A stretch of 64,000 bases of DNA, from positions 988,689 to 1,052,688 of the forward strand of contig NIVC01000033.1 of NCBI GenBank assembly GCA_002269645.1, written 5' to 3'. This document shows positions 23,320 through 36,031 of the stretch, piece after piece (positions within the stretch are counted from its first letter, which is position 1; every line of letters starts with the position of its first letter). Both the position numbers and the translations under genes were made by a program. The stretch comes from Macrostomum lignano. Its lineage: Eukaryota. Below the pieces are notes generated by a model. That model saw nothing but the letters and a program-made list of their open reading frames with translations. It did no database searches and had not been told where the DNA came from.

Positions 23320-24474
23320 CTGTTAGGGGAGCGCGGGCTGCAGATTTTAGAGTTTTCGAAACATATTGGATAAAATAATCCTAACAGTCAGTTTCAATAA
23401 CGATAGAATTATTTCATAAATAAACGACATTTTCGATACATATCGGCTACATATGTTATACCAGCAAACTAATTACTGAATCATAGGTCCATTCGATACA
23501 TATCGGCTTTACTCGAATCAATAGCTACACACTAACTGCATCCAGGTTCTACTATTTCGATACATATCGGCTACCTAAAACCACAGATACTATAATAACT
23601 TATTAATAATAGCTTATTATTAATAATAACTATAATAACTTATTACGAGTATAATACCCATACTAACTTAATTATTATAGTACCTGTGCGTAAAACTAAA
23701 CACTGATCGCATCCGGCTAAAAAAATTTCGATACATATCGGCTACCTGCAACTACACACGATTATATTCGACTAAAACAGTTTCGATACATATCGGCAAG
23801 ATAAAATACTCCAAACTAATTGTTATGAGATTTGATCTCGCTAAAACTTACAATTTTTATTACTTACCCGCAAAGTAACTCAACTGTTGAAATAAGTTTT
23901 TTAAAAATCTTTTTTTACTGAAATTTACTGTTATGAAGTTGGATCAGTTCGAAAGCACAGCAAACAGTGCATTATATGCAGTTTATTTATTTGGCTTCTT
24001 CTAACCATCCTCGCCGCAGCACCAACCCCAGCCACAAAGACAGCCTGCTTGAAGGAGACTCGGGCAAAAGCAGATGCCCACCTCACTCCCGCAGCTGAGA
24101 ACTGCCTGCCAAAACTCGGCCCTTGCGGCAGACAGACATCATAGTTCAGTCTGGGCCCGGACTTGCTTATTAAAGCTGTTCACCTGCTCTAAAATAGTTT
24201 TTTATGCGCCAGACTGCTTGCCTCTGCATGCGCAGTTGAGCTCGAAATTGCACTCGATGCCTTACTCAATTCTTTGCGAGACTTTTCTATTAGCTGATAT
24301 TAGTAAAATTGAAACTCGGCACTGGACAGTCGGCTGCGCAATAAAAAACTGGAGAGCTGATACCGAATTCTGGGGCACGCGCAACTAGCGGCTGTGGATT
24401 TCATTTGTCTGTTTTATTAAATAAGAATGAAGTGGAAAAAATAAAGTAAGAACAAAACGCGACTGGTAAAAGGA

Positions 24475-25560
24475 GAGTGGAGAGGGTAGAGGGAGAGTAT
24501 GGGATAGAGGGAGTAGAGTAGAGAGAGTAGAGGTAGATTAGAGGGTAGAGGGAGAGTAGAGGGTAAACGGAGAGTAGAGGGGTAGAGGGAGAGTAGAGAA
24601 CGTAGTAGAGCAGAGAGGGTAGAAGGCGAGTAGAGTGGGTAGAGGGAGAGTAGAGGGTAGAGGGAGAGTAGAGTGGGTAGAGGGAGAGTAGAGGGTAGAG
24701 GGAGAGTAGAGTGGGTAGAGGGATAGTAGAGGGTAGACGGAGAGTAAAGGGTAGAGGGAGAGTAGAGAAGGTAGTAGAGTAGAGAGGGTAGAAGGCGAGT
24801 AGAGTGGGTAGAGGGAGAGTAGAGGGTAGAGGGAGAGTAGAGAGGGTATAGGGAGAGTAGAGAGTAGAGAGTAGAGTGTAGAGAGAGTAGACAGTATAGG
24901 GAGGGTAGAGTTTAGAGAGAGAGTAGAGTGTAGAGGGAGAGTAGGAGTCGACGGAGAGTAGACATTAGAGGGAGTATGGGGTAGAGGGAGAGTAGAGAGG
25001 GTAGAGGGAGAGTAGAGTGGGTAGAGGGAGAGTAGAGGGTAGAGGGAGAGTAGAGAAGGTAGTAGAGTAGAGAGGGTAGAGGGAGAGTAGAGGGGTAGAG
25101 GGAGAGTAGAGAGGGTAGAGGGAGAGTAGAGGCTAGGGGGAGTATGGGGTAGAGGGAGAGTAGAGGGTATAGGGAGAGTAGAGAGTAGAGTGTAGAGAGA
25201 GAGAGAGTAGACAGTAGAGGGAGGGTAGAGTTTAGAGAGAAAGTAGAGTGTAGAGGGAGAGTAGAGTCGACGGAGAGTAGACATTAGAGGGAGTATGGGG
25301 TAGAGGGAGAGTAGAGAGGGTAGAGGGAGGGTATAGAGGATGGAACGAGAGTAGAGAAAGTATTGGAACAGAAAGAGAGGAGTAGAGGGGATAGAGGGAG
25401 AGTAGAGGGGATAGAGGGAGAGTAGAGAGGGTAGAGGGAGGGTATAGAGGATGGAAGGAGAGTAGAGAAAGTATTGGAACAGAAAGAGAGGAGTAGAGGG
25501 GATAGAGGAAGAGGGGGATTAGCAGGAGAGGGAAAGGGCAGGTGGAGATGGAAAAAATAG
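24475..25560. repeat. AG-rich low-complexity repeat (GAGTAGAGGGTAGAGGGA)
   Basis: Almost purely purine with interspersed T. Confidence 0.85.
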
Positions 25561-26469
25561 AGAAAGAGGGTAGAGAAAAGAGAAGTAGAGGATAAGCGTA
25601 GGTTAGAGGGGAAGAGCGGGACCCAACAACTCTTGCACAAGAGCCAGCCCCCAAGGCGCAGGTTGTGCACTGTCTGATTATGGAAAAGTCAGGGCACCCT
25701 GTACACCCTGCGAGCGCGTGCTCAGCGGGAATGGGCGGTGTTTGCTCAGCCTGAGCAGCATACTCGCAGTAGCACATTAGGACCTGCACTCTCACACACG
25801 CGCAGAGAGCTCACAGCTGGCACAAGGCAGACACAAAAACAGAATAACAAGAAAGAAGTTAAAGAACTTGAAAAACCTCGTCAGTCCCTCCCTCCCTCCC
25901 TACACTACTGTCTGTCTGTCTGTCCGGCTCAGTTTAACGGTGCCAAGCGCTTAGTGAATACGAACGAACTCCCTCGCTTAAAGCTCAGCTCAAAGCCCCT
26001 TGGCAACCCAGCAGAGAGACAGAATGGCGATACACGAGTAGATATGGAATTGTCTTCTGCTCAGCCAAAACCTTCACAGACTTAAAAACACAATATGAGC
26101 TCAAACTACAGCGGAGGGTTGGGGGCTGAGAGCTGACAGCATAACGCCCCGGCAAAAGCTCGTCAGGTCTTCATTCTTCAAGAAACCGAATACCTACCTA
26201 ACAGCAGACAAGGCGCTCAGAATGGCAGTGTTAGAAATTCAATTTCATGCTTCATATCGCACAATATTTAAAGACTGCAGGTCAAAGTTGCTCGGCTGTG
26301 GCTGCAGTACAATGCTCTTACTGATCATTTATCTAAACCGTTCTCTAGCGTCAAAGCCTACTACTCACTTGAGAAGCTCGCTATGGAGCATATCCAACTT
26401 AACTTGGTTTTTGATGTGTTAAAACCTACAGACTCGCTATATGTACCCTAAGTATCCCTAAATATCTAC

Positions 26470-26900
26470 TAGAAAGCCTACTGGATTCACTTTATCTACC
26501 CTAAAACCTACCCGATTCGTTGTATCTACCCTAAAACCTACCCGATTCGCTGTATCTACCATAAAACCTACTGGATTCATTTTAACCACCCTAAAACCTG
26601 CGAGCACCGGATTCACTATATCTACCCTAAAACCTACCCGATTCGCTGTATCTACCCTAAAACCTACCCGATTCGCTGTATCTACCCTAAAACCTACCCG
26701 ATTCGCTGTATCTACCCTAAAACCTACCCGATTCGCTATATCTACCATAAAACCTACCCGATGCACTTTTTCTACCCTAAACCTACCCGATTCGCTGTAT
26801 CTACCCCAAAACCTACCCGATTCGCTATATGTAACCTAAATATCTACCAGAAAAAAACCTACCGGATTCACTTTATCTACCTAAAATACCTAAAACCTAC
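26470..26900. repeat. 30-bp minisatellite TATCTACCCTAAAACCTACCCGATTCGCTG
   Basis: About 13 copies. Confidence 0.85.
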
Positions 26901-29879
26901 CAGATTTGCTATATCTACCCTAAAATCTATTGGAATCGCTATAGATATTCTAAAGGTTACTAAACTTGCAATGCCCTACTTTAAAACCTGCCATATCAAT
27001 CTGCCTACCCTTTAAGAATAATAAGTTTGGGGTATCTACCAAAAAGCAGTACTCACCGAGATAACAGTCTACTCAAGTTGTAACTTATCTGATAAAACCT
27101 GATTTGCTTACTTAATCCATTAGAGAAACCTCACAAATCTGCATAGAGATGTTTCCTACTAATCAATGATTCCATAAAAATACATTAAAGTTGCAAACGA
27201 TACTACTTACAGTAAAACATTAAAGAAATGACGATATAGCCTATAAAACAAATATTGTATAATCGTGAAAAGCCTAACTCACGTGAATAACTTTTTCCAG
27301 TTTTTGATCCCGCTCTCCTGATGTCATAGCATCAGCAATGTAAAAATGAACACTTCAATTGAGCTGAGTCACAGAAGCTTTACCTTAAAGAATCAAATCT
27401 TGGCCATTGATCAAATATTATCATAGGAAATTATTGGTCAAGGAGATAAAGTTTAATAGGTCTAATCAACTTAAGTTATTAATTCTAGAGGGATAAAATA
27501 AGAAATAGCCTACACAGTTTTATATAGCATTTTGGCCATTTTGATTAATTTTCAGGCCTTAATGACTTAATATAACAAGCCCATGTGATAACTGTCAGTC
27601 AATGCCAAAAATGTTTGAATAAATCCATCACAAAAAAAAATTCCCAAGTATACTTTGAATTAAAAGGTATTGAATTGTAATATATCATAGAAAAAGTAGG
27701 AATATACATAAGGCTAGTTTAGTGTTCAGTATATTTAGTGGCACACTTCATATTATAACAAATATAAGTTCTTTGGGTTCACATAAGATAATTAGTCATA
27801 TTTCAAATTACAATTATAGCCAAGCTAAAAAGGTAACCAAACAAATTTTTGCCAAATATACCTTACCCCTTGTAGCTTAGATTTATATAAAACTTATATG
27901 CTAGAAAACATTCTTCCTTAGCCTTGACATCTTAGCAATCCCTCCATAACTATTGATATCTTAGCCATTCCCCTAAAAACCTTGACATTTCAAAAACTTC
28001 CCTTGTAATCATTGACATATTAACAATCCCCTATAAGCTTTGGTACCTTAGTAATTCTCTTTAAAAGTCACAGAATTGTGGCAATTTGCAATTTTGCCAA
28101 GCATTAATATCTTAGCAATTCTTAATGAATCTTTTATATTTGATATAATGGTTTTTTTATGCTAGACACAATGCTCATTTTATTTCCAACATAACATTTT
28201 ATATGCTTGGTATGATATAATATACTACTTTGTTATTTAACATACCACTTTTTAATTTCAACATAATAAAAGCCTTTAATAAAGAAATCTTACATTAGTA
28301 AGATTTGAACCACAGTTGTTACATTATCAATTCAGTCTATTCACATTTAGTCTAGGCCTAGCTCTTATCAATTTGATAACATAAATTGTAGCACTAATAT
28401 TTTAATATTTATACTAAGTTATTTAGAATAAGTCACATGAAGCAATCATAACATAATCAATTAATCAGATACTCAGTATTAGTCTCTATCTAAGTTTAGA
28501 AGAACACAATTTAGCCAGTAAATAAAAAGAAATAAAAAGCCTAGTATACTGTGATCTTTACTTTGTTAGAATTAGAATTTAGCCTAATAATTTTTTCCAA
28601 CATTTGTTATAATGAATTTCAAGCTGAAAAAGTCTATTAAACCTTGCGAAAAGCATAATTTTCAATGATTTAATCATTTGAACATTGAGCAATTTCTTAG
28701 CTATGACATATATACTAAATACTATTATATGAAGAGTACAAGTTTCACAAAAATCAGTCAAGCCATTTTTATTAAAAATTAATATACGAACATATAGACA
28801 AACCATTCTTAGTAAATTTAGGATCTTAGAAACATAGTAAAGGTAGATAGATTGATCCCATTATTAACCTTAGTTTAGGCTAAGTACATTATATCATTCT
28901 ATCAAATATTAAATAGGCCTAGTTGTAAAGTATTAATAATAGGTCTAAGCTAATTGTAAATTCAATAGATTAAATCTAAAAGTTTACAAAGATCATTTTG
29001 TATTATAAGATCTTTATTATTCTTGCTAGCAGATTTGGGCTAGCAAATTTTGGCTAGCAAACTAGGCAATAATTTCAGTTTATTAGATATGAACTAGGCA
29101 AAGCAATTTTTAAACTTAAACTTCTATAAAAAAACAAATAATATACTAGGCTAGTAATCTAATTAGAGCCTACATACATGTGCAACTTTAGGAATCACCT
29201 TGCTATTTCTATTGGCAGCATATACATGTAAGTTGCTATTGGCTGAGAGCAGTCATGTGACTACTATTCCGTCTAATAGCAACTTACATGTGTATGTTGC
29301 CAATAGAAATGGCCAAGTGAATCCCAAGGTTGCTCCCAAGCATGAAGGCCTATAAGCCATAAGATATAGTCATATAAGTAAAAACATAAAATAAAACATG
29401 AAATGATTTACTGCTATAAGGTCTTAGCTAGGCCTAAGTCTAAGTAGTAAGAACTAATATCAATATGTTAAATTTGCATTGTCTATTTTATATTACCCAA
29501 ACTATTGTATCAATGTAGTGTCTAGGTCTAGGACTAGGTCTAATAAAAGTATATTATTAGTAACAATTATTATTTTATCTTCAGCTTCTTTAACTTTGAA
29601 CACCAACTATAACACACAGTTGGTATACAGTATCTATAACTAGATAGGCCTACATGTATATCCAAAGTACAATTTACTATAGCTATATGTATTGTAAATT
29701 TATAGATATTTTCCATCAATTACGATACAGTTTACATAGTAAAAACTCTAAAGTAAAGTAATTAGAGCAATTAAGCACAAATTTATTTGTTCTGCATGAT
29801 AAGTCCTGCAAAGTTTCTTGCTAAATTGGACAAGAAAAATTGTCTCTAGCAAATTACAACTTCGTAAATTGCTGCTTGC

Positions 29880-30155
29880 CAGTTTTGGTTAGATTATCGC
29901 TAGCAGATTTTGGCTAACAAAATTCCTGTTAGCAGATTTTGGCTAGCAAAATCCTCACTAGCAAAATTCCTGCTAGCAAACTTCAGTTAGTAGATTTTGG
30001 CTAGCAAACTTTGTCTAGCAGATTTCGGCAAGCAAATTTTAGATAGCAGATTTTGGCTAGTAGATTTTGGCTAGCAAACTTCGGCTAGCAGATTTCGGCT
30101 AGCAAATTTCTCGCTAGCAAACTTCGGCTAGCAGATTTCCTGCTAGCAAATTTCA
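29880..30155. repeat. Short GCTAGC-centred repeats (TTTGGCTAGCAAA/GAT)
   Basis: About 17 units; a smaller cluster at 29020-29080. Confidence 0.8.
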
Positions 30156-30429
30156 TAGACCCATTTCAATCCCCATAATTATACCATAGAATCTAATAAT
30201 AAATCTAGTAACTTAATATTAGTACAAAAGAAGAAATAATTAATAGTAATTCAAAAGGCGCTGCATTAAATTAAGCCATCACTAAAAAATCACTAAAAAC
30301 AATCACTCAAATTACCCTAAATATATGCAATTAAATTTAGGCCTGATTTAATTTATTAATGAAAATATTTTGTAGTGGGCCCCTAGCTCGAATTAATAAT
30401 AATTAATAATAATAATAGCAGTACAAAAA

Positions 30430-30760
30430 ATATCATTTCGCGTCCTGCTTCTTGTTCTCTGTTACACAGTAGCACCGACATGAGACTGAGAGGGTCAGGT
30501 CGGAAACCACCACAGAGAGGAGAGTCAAAAGTCAAAAAGGGTGAAATAATAGAAGTTGAATTCGGTAGTACATATAAGTCAGCGCGAAACGTTTAGCGAC
30601 GGAATCTTAGCAAAGCGCTATGCAAAACTTCTTCTAAGTTTTTAAATAAAGCTTTTAGTACAAATACGGCCTTTGTTTTTTTTTATTGCGTGAAAAAACT
30701 AAATAAGCTTAAAAATTGTTTTATTTCCATTGTCGCGTCATGTCAAATATCTAGGAAACA
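30430..30760. promoter_or_regulatory. CpG-retaining island; candidate (bidirectional) promoter with E2F-like sites
   Basis: About 15 CpG in about 320 bp (eye count) within a CpG-poor AT-rich region. GCGCGAAA at 30582-30589 and TTTCGCG at 30436-30442. Lies between the divergent rootletin and MDM1-like genes. Confidence 0.35.
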
Positions 30761-31483
30761 AAAATTTTAAAGTCACATTTTAGTCGCATTTAATATTAAT
30801 TACTAGTTATTGTATTTTTGCCGAATCTAAACCTAGTTTCTTATCTCTAATGGATTACTACAACAGTGTCCTTTGCATTTTTTTCTAATTCAGTTTCTTT
30901 TACCAAGGACTTGGATGAATTTTTGACACCCCACTGGACCAGTTGTAGTGGGTTTATTATAATTGTCATCCATTTTGTTAATTGATTGGTTGATAATAAA
31001 CATTATAAGTATCCAGCTATAGATTAGTTGTTTAGTTGTTTTGGTAATAAGAAATTTCAGTAATAGGCCTTAGTCATTTCAGTGATAAGCAAAAGTAACT
31101 TTGGTGACAAGCCTAGACCCTTGCCTTTGATATCATTTCAATTAGAATTAGAGATATATTAATTAAGTAAAAAAGCTTGAAAGTCTCTAGCTTTTATTTT
31201 GAGGTCTGCCAAAATATTCAAGTTAAGTTTTAGTTAACTTTGATGATTTTTTAGAACAAAAGTGTTGCGATCTTTGATATTGTACATAGGTTTACAATCT
31301 TCCTTTGAATATTTCTTGTGCACTTTTCTCAGTATGTATTTTATAATTAGAAACCTTGTGCTTTCACTTTAGGTTAAATCTGTTTAAAAATACAGCAATG
31401 AGTCAGTTTAATTTTTTGTTCAATAAGTTTTTTAGTGTTAACAAAATAGCTAAAAATGGATTATAAATGAAATGCATAGGCCT

Positions 31484-32808
31484 ATCATTAAAATGACCAC
31501 TAACCAAATATTCCCTGGCATTCTTTCGTTATAGAAGACCCAAAAATGCATGACTTTCGTAATGGGAGACCCATGGAAAAGGGGAAGAAATCAATCGAAA
31601 AACAAGCATTCACTAACAAAATGAAAGTGTAGCAAAAGTTAATTCTACACAAAGTTGATGCTTTAATCGACAGTGCTTAATTTCACACAAAGTTGTTATA
31701 CTGTAATCGCAAGCGTTTATTCTACCAATCTCATACGCAGCCTGTCAAACTATAATACACTAGTGCCATGAGGTCTCTATATATATACACTTTTGTTTTA
31801 GAAGACCGCAAAATAGGAATATTGCTTGTGGGTCTTGTGAAACGAAAGTAAGAAAGAAGCATTGAGCTATCATACGCCAGTGTTACTCAAGAGACACATT
31901 ATCCCACTTAATATTAAAGAGGCATTGATTGCATGTCATGGGTGCAATACTCAGTGGGTAGACCATGCAAAGTTGCTGGAAGAATGACTTGATAAGATCA
32001 CCACAAAAGTGAAAGCGGAACATTGTCTCCACAGTACGAGTACAAAAGATTCAGAAATGCATAAAAGCAGCATACGCACGCACCCCCCCCTCACCTTCGA
32101 AAAAGAAGACCCAACTCATTTCACCTAAGTATTTACAACATGGAGGTCTTGCATTACGAAAGTAAGAGACCTTTATGTTAAACTTACTTCTGTGGAATTT
32201 CCAACAGGTAACCGACAATGAACATCGTGATGTCCATTGGGTGCAGTTTCTGTTTCTATTGTTTTTGTTGAATTTCTAGACCACAATAGATTGCTTTTCT
32301 TCCATATCTCTACTTTCGTTTCGGAAGACCTTTAATGGATGCTTAACATTGTTGGTCTTTTAAAACAAAACTGTATATATCAGACATTCATAGAAAATGT
32401 ACCCAAGGCTGACACAGGAAAACAAATCATCTAAACCCTGTTTCTGCAGCTTTTGTTGCTGCCACCCCTACTACCTTTGTTTTGGAAGACCTTCAATGAA
32501 ATAGTAGCTTGACGGTTTTCTAAAACAAAACTATAATATAAACTGTAATAAAGGACACACAAAGCCATTAAGAATAAACAAACAAAATAATAGACAACAA
32601 TTCCTATGTTCCTATTCAATTCCTATGAGCAGCTTCCTATGTTTTAGGCGGGTCTTTTTTTTCAAAACTGCCAGCTTCCTATTTGATACATAGAGGGTCT
32701 TCTAAAACGAAAGAATGCATATTCCCTTTTGTCTAAGGCAAAATGTGTTTCTCATATACATGAGCAACTTATTCGGTATTTGAAAGAGATTTGGTCATTT
32801 TATATGAT
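31484..32808. mobile_element. Non-autonomous DNA-transposon-like element with inverted ends and paired subterminal repeats
   Basis: 24-bp inverted repeat with 1 mismatch (31518-31541 vs 32695-32718) and a weaker outer IR (31484-31499 vs 32792-32808). About 11 copies of a CTTTCGTTTTAGAAGACC-like motif in both orientations. No ORF. Confidence 0.5.
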
Positions 32809-34202
32809 TATTTATGGCTAATTTCTTATTAATCACTTTTCATTCTTTATAACAAAAGTGAATATGATAATTTAGATTAACAACCTATAGTTAACTCTTG
32901 GAATATCATTTTAATAAATTAGACTTTTTATAGTGTTTAATTTTGATGGTTTTTTATATTTAAATGTTTTTCAGGTTTCTAATAAAGCTAATTGACTTGA
33001 GTTATTTCTTTTCTATTAAATCTAATATTAATAGGTTGTAGCCTAGTGATTAGAGTATTGGACTTGAAACATAGAGGTTGGGATATTTGTTTCTTGATCC
33101 TACTAAAATAATTTATGTCCTTAAGTAAGACATTTAACTATTCATTACTTCAGTTCCGCAGATATAAAATGGGTGCTAGCAATAGCTAGGGTAATTAAGG
33201 GTATATATGATGACTCTCTAGTCCATGGACTGAACAGCTATATGCTATTTTTAGTTAGAGCTCTGCCTTTCTTGCCCAGTCTATCTTGCTCTCCTTGGTC
33301 CATCTGCTATCTCCTCTGATTGTCTCTGCCCTTGTGTCTTGGCTCCCATCCTGACAGTGGATTGGAGTCTTGGGGTTGATGTTTGTCCCGAATTGGGGAT
33401 ACTGGCTGAGTCTGGGTCCTTTTGCTCTGTGCCCCTTCTCAACCCCTTGGCCTGGCCTCCAATATTGAGCTGAATAGGTGATGCCCTTGGGCTTGCAGCC
33501 CTATAGGTTTTCTGGTGGCCTGATAGGAGTCTTGCCCTTGGAAACAAGCCTTCCAGACTCACTCCAAAATTAAGCCATTTCTGAGACTTTGGGGTCTCCC
33601 TGCTCTTGGACTGCTTTTAGTAGTATTTCAAGATTTTTCTGATTCTTTTTTTGTGCACTCCTGGGATTTATCTGCTGTTAGGCAGTGTCTTAGTCCATAG
33701 GTTTGGGTTGGCAGATTCCCCTGGTCCAGATGTCAAGGTCCAATCTCAGGGTATCTCAGGCTATATGCCCTTGGTAGTGCCGCTCAGCGGCAGAGCCCCT
33801 CTCAGGGCTGATCTGCAGGTAGCTCCCGGCTTCCCACTCCCATTTAACAACAACAAGCAGCCTTTAGTTGCACTGTACAATAGCTGCAGCTAAGCTGTTT
33901 GTTGCACATCTGGTCCAAGTGAGACAGGTGTTTCAAATATTATTATTATTATCTCCTATTGTATAAAAATTTAGTTTTTAGATCGGCCTTTAGGATTTTT
34001 AGCCTTATAGATCATAGATTCCTAAAATAGTTTCTTAGCTGCTACAATGTGTTCATAAACAGCTGCTATATGCATGTGAATAAGTGCAGAGACAACTAGA
34101 TAGTATTTTTTTAACTAGAGTTTCAGCAGCATAGATTCAATTTAGCAGTCCTTGGCTAGATATAATAGCACAGTGACTACTTTCTTCCCCACACTGATTT
34201 GC

Positions 34203-34580
34203 ATGCCCCACCAAGCCATGCTCGAAGCGTCCCGCCCAGCCGCCCGTTTCGCCGGCGCATCCGAGTACGACCGCAGCTACAAGTGGAACGAGTCCAACAA
34301 GAGCGCCAGCTTCTTCCCGAGTGGCGAGCAGCTCCGGCCCACCGCGGGCATCGAGTCGCTGCGTCGCTACAACGTCATGGAGCCGCCGCTGCAGCGCAGG
34401 AAACGCGTCGAACACGTCCAGGACAGCGTGAAGCTGGGCGTGCCGGAGACCCCCACCGAGGACAGCTTCCTTTTGGCCGGGCAGAAGTCAGACAAGTTCG
34501 CGCCATCGCAGGCGCACCCCAACTACGCCAAGGAGGCGCACAAAAAGCGCAGCCTCAGCCTGGCAGCTCAGCGCGAGCAG
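34203..34580 (+). CDS. MDM1: MDM1-like centriolar microtubule-binding protein, coding exon 1
   Basis: In-frame ATG at 34203 or 34218. RFAGASEYDRSYKW and AGIES...EPPLQRRKRV resemble the recalled MDM1 N-terminus (RFKGLSEYQRNFLW; AGLRS...EPSFISKRRV). Donor CAG|GTCTGT, phase 0. Confidence 0.75.
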
Positions 34581-34603
34581 GTCTGTTTCTTCTGTGTTAA
34601 ACA

Positions 34604-35152
34604 AGTCTGACTCTCGTGTCTCCACACGTCTGACTCTCGTGTCTCCACACGTCTGACTCTCGTGTCTCCACACGTCTGACTCTCGTGTCTCCACACGTCT
34701 GACTCTCGTGTCTCCACACGTCTGACTCTCGTGTCTCCACACATCTGACTCTCGTGTCTCCACACGTCTGACTCTCGTGTCTCCACACGTCTGACTCTCG
34801 TGTCTCCGCACGTCTGACTCTCGTGTCTCCACACATCTGACTCTCGTGTCTCCACACGTCTGACTCTCGTGTCTCCACACATCTGACTCTCGTGTCTCCA
34901 CACGTCTGACTCTCGTGTCTCCACACGTCTGACTCTCGTGTCTCCACACGTCTGACTCCCGTGTCTCAACACGTCTGACTCTCGTGTCCCCATATGTCTG
35001 ACTCTCGTGTTTCCACACGTCTGACTCCCGTGTCTCGACACGTCTGACTCCCGTGTCTCTACACGTCTGACTCCCGTGTCTCTACACGTCTGACTCCCGT
35101 GTCTCTACACGTCTGACTCTCGTGTCTCTACGCGTCTGACTCTCGTGTCTCC
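34604..35152. repeat. 23-bp minisatellite GTCTGACTCTCGTGTCTCCACAC (MDM1 intron 1)
   Basis: About 24 copies. Confidence 0.92.
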
Positions 35153-35437
35153 ACGATCCATAGTTCGATTCAGTACGCTTAAACATTCATTTGAGGCTTT
35201 TGTTCACGAAACATTGGCCCGGGGTTGCCATGTGTTTCACATCCACGATGGCCTGACAATTAGAAAGTCAAGGCCGCTGTACACCCTGTGTGAGCGTATG
35301 TATGAGTGTCGTGCCTGCGTACGGTATTGGTTCGCTTGCATATGCTTCGGAGTTGGCGGAATGGGGTCGAATTGCCGTCAGCGTTGGTTGTGAGATGATG
35401 TCACCGAAGGCCACGTGTCTGTCTGTTGCTCTCGCAG

Positions 35438-36031
35438 GAGAGGCTCGAGCAGGAGCAGCGCCAGCGCGACCGCAAGCTGCGCCTGCAACAGAAAGGCGGC
35501 ACAGAGGCCGCGCAGAAACCCGCCGTGAACGGCGGCGGCGGCGGCGGCGACTTCTTCACTGACGACGACGAGCCGCCAGTGGCGACGCCGGAGACGCCGC
35601 GCGAAGTGAAGCGGCAGCTGACCATGCCGGACCGGCAGCGGAAGCAGAGGGAGAAGCAGCGGCAGCAGCAGCAGCCCCCAAAGCGCCATCACCGCCGGCG
35701 CCGTCACCGCAGTCAGGAGGCCGCCGCGCCAGCCGAAGCGTCCGTCTCAACCAAGGAGCTGGAGGCTCAGCTGGCCAAAGCCCGCCGGGAGTCCCGACGC
35801 CTGGAAGCTGAGGCCCTGATGAGGCGCGGCGAAGGCGGCGGTGGGGCAGCTGAGCCGCCGGCCGCTGTCGAGCCGCCGTACCAGCGGCCGAAGACGCCGC
35901 CGTTCTACAGGGACCTGCAAGCGGATCCGTACGCCGTGCGCGACCCCGACTACGCCAAAAAGCGGCAGCTGGGCCTCGCCGATGCCAAACGGCCCCAGGG
36001 CAACAAGCCGACTAAGGCGAGCGAGTACCAG
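35438..36031 (+). CDS. MDM1: MDM1-like exon 2 (ERLEQ...KASEYQ)
   Basis: Acceptor CTCTCGCAG, donor CAG|GTGAGG, 594 nt, phase 0/0. Ends in an SEY repeat that continues as LSY in the next exon. Confidence 0.8.

Noticed and set aside
23432-23797. CRISPR-like repeat/spacer appearance
   Set aside because: Repeat only 17 bp, spacers irregular (about 40-155 nt), eukaryotic intron context and no cas genes. The other arrays in the window have no unique spacers.
23868-23883. 16-nt microexon candidate (CAG|TTGAGTTACTTTGCGG|GTAAGT) upstream of the rootletin 23319 exon
   Set aside because: Good splice signals, but the length is not a multiple of 3 and its 3' phase cannot be tied to an upstream ATG; cannot be supported without transcripts.
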